Shown here piece by piece: positions 27,475 through 35,917 of a stretch of DNA of 64,000 nt (the stretch's first letter is position 1; each line of letters starts with the position of its first letter). Source of the DNA: an uncultured delta proteobacterium (GTDB taxonomy: Bacteria; Myxococcota; Myxococcia; Myxococcales; Myxococcaceae); NCBI GenBank assembly GCA_963796055.1, contig CAWCKH010000004.1, positions 160,001-224,000 on the forward strand. The letters are read 5' to 3'. Below the pieces are notes generated by a model. It ran no database searches. It saw only the letters and a list, made by a program, of their open reading frames with translations, and was not told where the DNA came from. The position numbers and the translations under genes are program-made.

Positions 27475-28449
27475 GTGACGGGCGAGAGAGCCCCTTCCGG
27501 GCTGTTGCGCCCCATCACCGGTGGGCGGCGAGCCAGGGCCGACCACGCCAGTGCGGTGACGGTGTTCGTCGCCCTGTTGGCAAACCTCGGGATCGCGCTG
27601 GCGAAGCTGGTGGCGGGGGGCATTTCCCGGTCCAGCGCGATGATGGCCGAGGCCTTCCACTCCTTCGCCGACACCGGGAACGAGGTCCTGCTCCTGATCG
27701 CCCAGAAGCGGAGCGAGCAACCGGCGGACGAGGAGCATCCGTTCGGGCACGGGCGCGCGGCGTACTTCTGGGCACTGATCGCCGCGCTCGGCGTGTTCGT
27801 CACCGGTGCGCTGCTGTCGATCCGTCAGGGTGTCCGGGCGCTGCTCTCCCCTGCGGAGATGCCCTCCTTCGCCATCGCCTATGCCGTTCTTGCGGTCTCG
27901 CTGGTCCTGGAGGGAGTCTCGTTTCTTCGCGCGTACCGACAGCTCCGGCAGGAGGCGGCGGAACTGGGTCGCCCGTTCGACGAGCACTTCGACCTCAGCT
28001 CGGACCCGATCGCCCGGGCGGTGTTCGCCGAGGACGCGGCGGCGCTGGCGGGGAACGTGATCGCCGGCGTGGGCATCGGCCTGCGGCAGCTCACTGGCTC
28101 GGAGGTACCAGATGCGGTGGCGGCCATGCTCATCGGCCTCATCCTCGGCTACGTGGCGGTGCAGCTGGCACGGCGCAACGGAGACTTTCTCATCGGTCTC
28201 CGTGCTACCCCGGGCCTCCACCAGCGAGTCCGGGGCGTCATCGCTCGCCAGCCCGGCGTCCGTGGTGTCCCCGAGCTGCTGGTGACGTTCCTCGGGCCAC
28301 GGCAGGTCTGGGTGCTCGCCGGCGTGGAGCTCGATGAGCGGCTCGATGCTCGCGGGGTCACGTCACTGGTGGAGGCGATCGAGGCGGCATTGTTCCAGGA
28401 TCACCCGTTCGTCGCGCGGGTGGACGTGGTGCCCCGCGCACGGCGATGA
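27475..28449 (+). CDS. Cation diffusion facilitator transporter (start approximate)
   Basis: ALLANLGIALAK, AEAFHSFADTGNE, HPFGHGR, VFAEDAAALAG. Confidence 0.88.
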   Translation: MTGERAPSGLLRPITGGRRARADHASAVTVFVALLANLGIALAKLVAGGISRSSAMMAEAFHSFADTGNEVLLLIAQKRSEQPADEEHPFGHGRAAYFWALIAALGVFVTGALLSIRQGVRALLSPAEMPSFAIAYAVLAVSLVLEGVSFLRAYRQLRQEAAELGRPFDEHFDLSSDPIARAVFAEDAAALAGNVIAGVGIGLRQLTGSEVPDAVAAMLIGLILGYVAVQLARRNGDFLIGLRATPGLHQRVRGVIARQPGVRGVPELLVTFLGPRQVWVLAGVELDERLDARGVTSLVEAIEAALFQDHPFVARVDVVPRARR

Positions 28450-28463
28450 CCGCTGGAGGCGCC

Positions 28464-30054
28464 TCAGGCCGTCGCGGCCGGCGCTCGGTTCAGGATCTCC
28501 GGCAGGCGACGGGCGTCGACCGGCTTGACCAGATGGAGGTCGAATCCTGCGCGTCGCGCGTTGGCTTCTGCCTCCGGTCCGCCGTACCCGGTCAACGCCA
28601 CCAGGAAGAGCGACCGGCCCTCGGGCCGGGCACGCACCGCTCTGGCCACCTCGTAGCCGTCCATCCCGGGGAGCCCGACGTCCACCAGCGCCACGTCCGG
28701 GCGGAGCGCGAGCAGCTTCTCCGCACCCTCGGGACCCGTCGCCGCGAGCTCCACCGAGTGACCGAGCGTCCTCAGGAAATCGGCGAGCGTCTCCCGCACA
28801 TCCGGGGAGTCCTCCACCACCAGGATGCGCCGCGGTGGCCACCCTTCAGCGCTGCTCCTGGCCCCGGGCGTCGCGGAGCTCGACTGCTCGTTCCGGAGCG
28901 GCAGACGCACCTCGAAGATGCTGCCCCGTCCCGGGCCTTCGCTGGAGGCAGTGACGATCCCCTCCGTGCATCTGGACCAGCCGGCGCACGAGGGTCAGTC
29001 CCAGCCCCAGCCCACCCTTGGTCCGATCCAGGCCCGCATCGACCTGGACGAACGGCTCGAAGACCTGTTCGGTCATGCGCGCCGGAATCCCTCGCCCGGT
29101 GTCGCGAACCTTCACCACCGCCTCCGCGGCCGACCTGGTGAGCGAGATCTCGACCGATCCGCCCGGCTCGGTGAACTTGGCCGCATTGGAGAGGAGATTG
29201 GTCAGGACCTGCTCCATGCGGGTCGCGTCGGCGTGGAGCGGCACCGCCTCCTCGGGGCGGGTCACGACCAGCGCGATGGCCCGGGCGTCGAGGAGCGGCT
29301 GGACGGCCGCGACCGCGCCATCCAGCACCGGACCGAGATCGAGCTCGCTCCTCCGCAGCTCGAACGTCCCGCGGGTGATCCGGGTGACGTCGAGCAGGTC
29401 GTCGACCAGACGGACCAGGTGGCCGAGCTGTCGCCGGACGGTGGACTGATGGTGCGCGATGCGCGTTTCATCCGCACCGGGGCGCTGGAGCAGCTCCAGC
29501 GCCATCGAGATCGCCGCCAGCGGGTTCCGCAGCTCGTGCGCCAGCATCGCCAGGAATTCGTCCTTGCGCTGGTCGGCGACCTTGAGCTGCGCCTCCCGGA
29601 GCTCCAGTGCCTCCATCGTCGCGCGCGCTGCGTACTGGCGGCGGCGGGCGCGGAGGGCGGCCCTCACCGCGGTGACCAGCGTCGCCACCCGGACCGGGCG
29701 TTCGACGACCGTCACGTTTCCCAGCAGGGTCGACAGCCTGTCCAGGCGCGCGGACGAGGCCTGCCGCTCCATCGGCGCGGCGAAGACCACCAGCGGGAGG
29801 TCGGACCAGGGCGGCTGGCGCTGCAGACACTCGGCGAGGATCTCCACCGCGCTCGGGGAGAAGGCTTCCTCGGCAATCAGGACGGCGCCGGCGCCCTCGT
29901 CGATGGCTGTGACGAGCGCGAAGGGATGAGGCACCACCTGGGGGGCGAGCCCGGCGCGGAGGAGCGTCTGTGCAGCGAGGGCGCCGTCACGGCCGGTCGG
30001 AGCGAGCACCAGGATGCGCTCTTCGAAGGCACTCCGGCCGAGAAGACCGGTCAC
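28464..30054 (-). CDS. Hybrid sensor histidine kinase (degenerate N-terminal receiver, HisKA, HATPase, C-terminal REC); +1 frameshift at ~28960
   Basis: EFLAMLAHELRNPLA, NLLSNAAKFT, DTGRGI, GGLGLGL; removing one base from the C run at 28959-28962 continues into ASSEGPGRGSIFEVRLP and the REC domain. Confidence 0.88.
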
Positions 30055-31517
30055 CCGTCGTCTCCGGACCTCGGGCGAGGGGGCTCGACGACGGGGACGC
30101 CGGTGAGCACGCCGCGGAAGTGGGTCAAGGGCTCCCTGATCTCGACGCCCCGGTCCGAGATCTGCAGCTCGCGGATGCTGTCCTCGTGCTTGCCCACCCT
30201 GCGCTTGAGGACCGAGAGAGCCTTCCGGACCCTGCCCTCGGCCTCGAAGAACCGGAGCAGCAGGACGGTGTCCGCGAGGTAGGTCACGTCGACGGGAGCG
30301 TCCATCTTTCCCACCATCCCGTGCTGGGTGAGCACGAGGAGGGTGGTCACTCCCTGCTGGCCCAGATAGGTCAGCAGCTCGTGGAGGTGCAGGACGAGGA
30401 ACCGCTCCTCCGGCATGGCCATCAGGTAGCCGTTGAGGCTGTCGATGATGAGCAGACGGAGGTCGCCTCGCTCGACGTTCTCGCGGCAGGCGTGGGCGAA
30501 CTCGCCCGGGGACAGCTCCGCCGGGTCGACCTGCCGGAGCTCGAACAGCGGATCGTCGGTGAGGTGAAGCCCCAGGCCGTGGGTTCGCGCGTTGAAGACT
30601 TCGAGTGTCTCGTCGAAGGAGAAGCAGAGCACACGCTCCTTCCGCTGCAACGCCGTCGCGGCGTACTGGGAAGCGATGCTCGACTTCCCGGTGCCCGCGG
30701 GGCCGAGGCACACGGTGCTGGTCCCGCGCACCAGCCCACCTCCGAGCATCGCGTCCAGGCCCGGCACTCCGCTGGCCAGGACCTCTCGCCGGAAGGAGGT
30801 GCGGTGGGAGGCCGCGACCAGGCGGGGAAAGACCTGGAGCCCGCCACGGACAATGGTGAAGTCGTGCTTCCCGGTGAGGAAGTCGACCCCGCGCATCTTC
30901 AGCACCTCGAGGCGCCTGCGGGCCGCGCCGTAGGCCAGGGCGCTGCGGTCGAGCTCGATCACCCCGTGGGCGAGGCTCTCCAGCTGGGTATCCCCTCCCT
31001 CGGCGGTGCCGTCGTCGAGGAACAGCACCGTGGCGTCCCGTCTCGCGAACTGCTGCTTCAGGGCGAGGATCTGCCGGCGGTAGCGGAGCGACTCTCCGGC
31101 CAGCAGTCGCATCTCGGAGAGGGAGTCGAAGACGATGCGCAGCGGTCTGATGTCGTCCACCAGGGCGAGGACCCGCTCGATGGTCTCGTTGAGCTCCACC
31201 TCCGCCGGGTGGAAGAGGGTGTTCTGTCGCTGCGCCTCGAGCATCTCTTCCGGGGTGGAGAGGGGATGCACGCGGAATCCGTCGAGCGTCCAGCCGTGAG
31301 AGGCAGCCACGGCCGCCAGCTCCTCCTGCGTCTCGGAGAGGGTGACGTAGAGACCGGGCTCACCGGTGCGTGCCCCTTCGAGGAGGAACTGCAGTCCGAG
31401 GGTCGTCTTGCCCACTCCGGGAGCGCCGCGGAGCAGATAGCTGCGCCGCCGCGGGAACCCGCCGCGGAGGATCTCGTCGAGTCCGCTGACTCCGGTCTTG
31501 ACCAGGTCTCGGGCCAC
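30051..31517 (-). CDS. KaiC-like double-domain RecA-type ATPase
   Basis: Two Walker A motifs (GAPGVGKT, GPAGTGKS), SETQEE/FDET, RRLEVLKMRG, VTYLADTVLLLR; GTGA coupling to the kinase. Confidence 0.9.
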   Translation of the reverse strand: MARDLVKTGVSGLDEILRGGFPRRRSYLLRGAPGVGKTTLGLQFLLEGARTGEPGLYVTLSETQEELAAVAASHGWTLDGFRVHPLSTPEEMLEAQRQNTLFHPAEVELNETIERVLALVDDIRPLRIVFDSLSEMRLLAGESLRYRRQILALKQQFARRDATVLFLDDGTAEGGDTQLESLAHGVIELDRSALAYGAARRRLEVLKMRGVDFLTGKHDFTIVRGGLQVFPRLVAASHRTSFRREVLASGVPGLDAMLGGGLVRGTSTVCLGPAGTGKSSIASQYAATALQRKERVLCFSFDETLEVFNARTHGLGLHLTDDPLFELRQVDPAELSPGEFAHACRENVERGDLRLLIIDSLNGYLMAMPEERFLVLHLHELLTYLGQQGVTTLLVLTQHGMVGKMDAPVDVTYLADTVLLLRFFEAEGRVRKALSVLKRRVGKHEDSIRELQISDRGVEIREPLTHFRGVLTGVPVVEPPRPRSGDDG

Positions 31518-31644
31518 GGAGGGCGCAAGATGAACACCGTCGGGAGCCACGACCGAGGAGAGGGGCCCCTGCCGACGGGAAGCGTCCAGTCCTCAACGAC
31601 CCCGCTGTCACCCACCGCCCGATGCCGCCGGGGAGGCGATGCGC

Positions 31645-32730
31645 TCAGGGGACTCCAAAGCGTCGATCGCGCGCGAAGACGATGGCCTGTGCGCGTGTCC
31701 AGACCCCGAGCTTGTCGAAGAGGTTGGAGAGGTGATTCCGGACAGTCTTCTCGCTCAGGGAGAGCCGCTCGGCGATGTCGGCGTTGCCCAGGCCCTCGGT
31801 GAGCAGGCTCAGCACCTCGCGCTCCCTGCGGGTCAGGGCCTTGAAGACCGGGTCTTCACCGACGGCTGCACCTCCCAGCCCGGTGAATTCGAGAACGGCG
31901 TCGCAGAATCGTTTCCAGGCTGGCTCGTCCTCCAGCAGAATGTGGTTCTTCGAGTCCAGCTCGACGAACTCCGCACCGGCGATCCGGGAAGCGATCAGAC
32001 GCGCCTCCTCGATGGGAACGACCTGGTCGTCGCGGGCATGAACGACCATCGTGGGCGTGCGGACCTTCTCCAGAATGTCGACCACGTCGACGTTGGCGCG
32101 AGCCTCGAGGAGCCTCGCAGCGTTCTCTGGAGAGGTCGTCTTCCGGCACAACTCGTTGAACCAGCTCATTTGCTCGGCGGTCGCGCCGGGCACGAAGCGT
32201 GAGGTGTAGACCTGGCGAAACGCGGGATTGTCCTTTCCCCAGCCAAAGCGCGCGAGGTCGGCGATGGCCTGGTACAAGCGAACCCGGTCCGAACGGCCGG
32301 GTCTGGCCCACCCGCGCGCGGAGGCCCCGTAGAGCAAGAGACGCGAGACCCGCTCGGGGTGCCGGGCAGCGTAGGCAAGGGACAGTGCGCCGCCATGAGA
32401 GATGCCCAGCAGCGCGAAAGGCTCTCGCGGTCCGGCGGCGGCGATCACCGACTCGAGATCCCCCAGCTTGCGGTCGAAGGAGAGATCTCCCGCGTTCCAG
32501 TCACTCATCCCGCTTCCACGTTCGTCGTACCGGACGAGGCGGAAGTGGGTGCAGAGAAAGCCGAGCCAGTGCCCCCACAGCGGGCTCTCCCACTCGTATT
32601 CGAGATGGGTCAGCCAGGTGGCCGCCTTGATCAGGAGTGGACCGGTGGAGGCATCGGCCCAGGCCAGCCGGATCCCGTCGGTGGTTCGCAGGTACTGGAT
32701 GCGTTGGCGAGCGATTCTCGACCGGGACAC
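31645..32730 (-). CDS. Alpha/beta-hydrolase fold plus LuxR HTH transcriptional regulator (start approximate)
   Basis: YDERGSGMSD, GISHGG nucleophile elbow, NHIL, LTRREREVLSLLTEGLGNADIAERLSLSEKTVRNHLSNLFDKLGV. Confidence 0.9.
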   Translation of the reverse strand: MSRSRIARQRIQYLRTTDGIRLAWADASTGPLLIKAATWLTHLEYEWESPLWGHWLGFLCTHFRLVRYDERGSGMSDWNAGDLSFDRKLGDLESVIAAAGPREPFALLGISHGGALSLAYAARHPERVSRLLLYGASARGWARPGRSDRVRLYQAIADLARFGWGKDNPAFRQVYTSRFVPGATAEQMSWFNELCRKTTSPENAARLLEARANVDVVDILEKVRTPTMVVHARDDQVVPIEEARLIASRIAGAEFVELDSKNHILLEDEPAWKRFCDAVLEFTGLGGAAVGEDPVFKALTRREREVLSLLTEGLGNADIAERLSLSEKTVRNHLSNLFDKLGVWTRAQAIVFARDRRFGVP

Positions 32731-32779
32731 TTGTCCCCCGAAGAACCGCGAATCTAGCTCGGATCGGGACAAGACTCCC
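32724..32779. promoter_or_regulatory. Two copies of a putative operator palindrome
   Basis: GGGACA-CT-TGTCCC (32724-32737, perfect) and GGGACA-AG-ACTCCC (32766-32779) between divergent genes. Confidence 0.55.
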
Positions 32780-32833
32780 ATGGTGGGCCGAAGGCGACCG
32801 GTGCACCGTTCCTTCACACAACGGAGGAACGCA

Positions 32834-33751
32834 ATGCTGAGCCACCAATACGATTACCGGTCAGTCCTGGAGACGTCGGAGAAGGTCAACTGGAAGCTCG
32901 AGGAGGTCATCGAGGGAAGAACGCTGGACTTCACCCGGCCCTTCCTGCCGGAGTCCCTCGTCGGCCTGAAAGCGATCCGCTGCCTGAACCCCGAGGAAAA
33001 GCGGACGCTCAACCAGATCCGCGGGTTCACCTACCTGTACCTCTTCGGCCTGGTGGAGGAGTACATCGTGCCGTCGCTGGTCGACCACGTGCGCCACGGC
33101 GTCCGCGGGAACGGTCACGAACGGCGGGCTCTCCTTCACTTTGCCGAGGAGGAGGCGAAGCACATTCAGCTCTTCCAGTGGTTCGGGGAGCAGTTCCAGG
33201 AGGGGTTTGGCACTCCCTGCGGGGTGATTGGACCGGCGGAGGAGATCGCCGCAGCCATTCTCGACCACGCGCCTCTGGGTGTCTTCATCACCACGCTGCA
33301 CATCGAGTGGATGACCCAGAACCACTACCTGGATTCGGTGAAGGACAACGCCAAGGAGAAGCTCGACCCGCTCTTCTGCAGCATGCTCAAGCACCACTGG
33401 ATGGAGGAGAGCCAGCACGCCAAGCTCGACACGCTGGTGGTCGACAAGATCGCCACCGGGCTCGACCGGAAGGAGATCGAGAAGGGCATCGACGACTACA
33501 TGGACATCGGCAAGCTGCTCGACGGCGGGCTGCAGACGCAGGTCCGGATGGACATCGAGAGCCTGCAGGCGGCGACCGGTCGGGTGTTCACTCCCGCGGA
33601 GAGGGAGGAGATCGAGCGGGAGCAGGTGAAGAGCTACCGCTGGACGTTTCTCCTCAGCGGGATGACCCATCCAAACTTCGACCGGAGCCTCCGCGAGCTG
33701 AGCGCGGATGGTCACCGGCGGGTCGCGGAGCTGGCGCAAGCCATCGGCTGA
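32834..33751 (+). CDS. Ferritin-like diiron protein (AurF/diiron oxygenase-like)
   Basis: GGAGG RBS; VEEYI, EEAKH, IEW, EESQH (two ExxH motifs). Confidence 0.8.
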   Translation: MLSHQYDYRSVLETSEKVNWKLEEVIEGRTLDFTRPFLPESLVGLKAIRCLNPEEKRTLNQIRGFTYLYLFGLVEEYIVPSLVDHVRHGVRGNGHERRALLHFAEEEAKHIQLFQWFGEQFQEGFGTPCGVIGPAEEIAAAILDHAPLGVFITTLHIEWMTQNHYLDSVKDNAKEKLDPLFCSMLKHHWMEESQHAKLDTLVVDKIATGLDRKEIEKGIDDYMDIGKLLDGGLQTQVRMDIESLQAATGRVFTPAEREEIEREQVKSYRWTFLLSGMTHPNFDRSLRELSADGHRRVAELAQAIG

Positions 33752-33986
33752 AGCAAGCACTCGCCTCTCCGGAGGCGCTGGGAATCCTTGCGCTGCTCGC
33801 GGCCTGGACGTTCCGGCCGCGACCGGCGCCGTGATCCTGGACTAACCGCCATGAAAGACCCTGCCCCTCCCATGGCCGTTGGATGGGGGGTTGTCCTGGC
33901 AACAAGGTCCGCTCGCACAGGGAGCAATTGGCCGGTTCCTCGTGTCAGAACCGCTGCCCAGCAGGCTCTTGTGCGCCGAGCGCCAC

Positions 33987-35750
33987 ATGGCACGACTACT
34001 ATCGGTGAACGTCGGACTTCCGCGCGACATCGAGTGGAAGGGGCGCACGGTGCACACCGGGATCTGGAAGGATCCCGTGCCTGGCCGCTGTCGGGTGGGC
34101 CGATTGAATCTGGATGGAGACGGTCAAGGCGACCTGGCCGGGCACGGCGGTGAGCAGCGCGCCGTCTTCGTCTACCAGATCGAATCGTATCGCCACTGGC
34201 AAGAGCAGCTGAAAAGGACCGACTTCGTCCACGGACAGTTCGGCGAGAACTTCACGACCGAAGGATTGCCCGATGACGCCGTGTGCATCGGCGACCGTTA
34301 TCGGATCGGCAGCGCGGTGTTCGAGGTCACTCAACCTCGCACGACCTGCTATCGGGTCGGTATCCGGACGAACGAGCCACGCATGCCGGCATTGCTCACA
34401 GCGAGCGGACGGCCGGGTTTCTACTTCCGTGTGTTGCAGGAAGGTGAGGTGGGCGCCGGCGACGAGATCGTGAAGGTGGGAGAGGCGACGGAGCGAATGA
34501 CCGTCGCAGAGATCAACGCCCTCCTCTATTCGCCCGCTCATCCGCGCGATCGACTGGAGCTCGCGCTGCGGATCGAGGCTCTTTCGCCCGGATGGCGCTC
34601 TTCGTTCGAGGCGCTGGTGCAGAGTCCAGTGAACGCCACCGGGAGTGGTAACGCGGGTCTCGCGCCGGCAGCAGCTGCACATCCGACTGCACCAGGATTT
34701 CGGCCGCTCGCGGTGACGGCGATCGACCAGGAGTCCGTGGACGTCGTCTCGCTGACGATGCAGAGCGCGGACGGTCAGCCCCTGCGAACGGCTCTACCCG
34801 GCCAGTACGTGGTCTTGCGTCTTCCACGGACCGCCGGGGGCCCCCCACTCTTTCGCAGCTACTCGCTCTCGGGGCCTGTCTCGACGGAGCGCCATCGAAT
34901 CAGCGTGAAGGTCGAGGTGGATGGGGCGGCGGGGACTTACCTGAAAGCGCATGTCCGGGTAGGCGATGTTCTCGACGTCAGCTCGCCCCGCGGAAGCTTC
35001 GTTCTGCAGTCCGGAGAGCGGCCGGTGGTGCTGCTCAGCGCGGGAATCGGGGCGACACCTGTTCTGGCGATGCTGCACGCGCTGGCGGATGCCCGCACGA
35101 CACGGCAGGTCTTCTGGATCCATGGGGCTCGGGATCGGCAACACCATCCATTCGCCGCCGAGGTCCGCCGGCTCGTGCGCGCGCTCCCGAACGGCCACAG
35201 CTATGTGTGTTACAGCGCGCCGGGCCCGCCCGACACGGCGGGCGAGGATTTCGACGCCACCGGTCACCTCTCGCGATCGGCCTTCGCCGAGGTCGGCATC
35301 GCACGGGAGGTGGACGTCTATCTTTGCGGGCCCACGCGCTTCATGGCAGAGATGAAAGTGGAGCTCGCAGCGTCGGGCATCGGGCCGGAGCGGGTTCATG
35401 TCGAGCTCTTCAACGGCAGCGAGCCGATGACCCCTGGCGTCGTCGCTGCAGCGATGCGTCCTCCGCATCTGCCCCGCGGCGATGCCAGCACCGGTCCGCT
35501 GGTGTCGTTCGCCCGCAGCGGCATCGCCGCGCACTGGAATGCCTCGGCCTACCAGAGCATCCTCGAGCTGGCCGAGGCATCCGACGTCCCGGTCCGCTGG
35601 TCGTGCCGGACCGGTGTCTGTCACAACTGTGAGAGCGGTTTGGTTTCGGGGGCGGTGGTCTATGGACCCGAGCCGCTCGACAAGCCCGCCGACGGCAACG
35701 TTCTCGTTTGCTGCTCACAGCCGATTCGTGACGTGGTCATCGATCTGTGA
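33987..35750 (+). CDS. MOSC + 3-alpha + FAD/NAD reductase + 2Fe-2S fusion oxidoreductase
   Basis: HGGEQRAV, FGENF, QPRTTCYR; RSYSLS, AGIGATP, YLCGP; WSCRTGVCHNC...CC. Confidence 0.9.
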   Translation: MARLLSVNVGLPRDIEWKGRTVHTGIWKDPVPGRCRVGRLNLDGDGQGDLAGHGGEQRAVFVYQIESYRHWQEQLKRTDFVHGQFGENFTTEGLPDDAVCIGDRYRIGSAVFEVTQPRTTCYRVGIRTNEPRMPALLTASGRPGFYFRVLQEGEVGAGDEIVKVGEATERMTVAEINALLYSPAHPRDRLELALRIEALSPGWRSSFEALVQSPVNATGSGNAGLAPAAAAHPTAPGFRPLAVTAIDQESVDVVSLTMQSADGQPLRTALPGQYVVLRLPRTAGGPPLFRSYSLSGPVSTERHRISVKVEVDGAAGTYLKAHVRVGDVLDVSSPRGSFVLQSGERPVVLLSAGIGATPVLAMLHALADARTTRQVFWIHGARDRQHHPFAAEVRRLVRALPNGHSYVCYSAPGPPDTAGEDFDATGHLSRSAFAEVGIAREVDVYLCGPTRFMAEMKVELAASGIGPERVHVELFNGSEPMTPGVVAAAMRPPHLPRGDASTGPLVSFARSGIAAHWNASAYQSILELAEASDVPVRWSCRTGVCHNCESGLVSGAVVYGPEPLDKPADGNVLVCCSQPIRDVVIDL

Positions 35751-35917
35751 AGCCTGACCGGGCCGTCACGACGGTGTTCGGCGGCGGACACCGAGGGGAG
35801 GGCCGAAGGGGAGCCCCCGCACGTTGGGCTTGATGGAGCCCGAGCCCTCAGGGGAGGACGGTCACAGGAGCGCCTGCGGAAGGAGTCACACTGCCCCGGC
35901 GCCGGGAGAAACGCCCC

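Noticed and set aside
28959..28962. Programmed frameshift or phase variation in the hybrid kinase
   Set aside because: The run is only 4 nt, there is no slippery heptamer, and similar indels elsewhere point to sequencing error.
30051..31517. A true circadian clock
   Set aside because: No kaiA/kaiB in the window, and the canonical ST phosphosites are not conserved.
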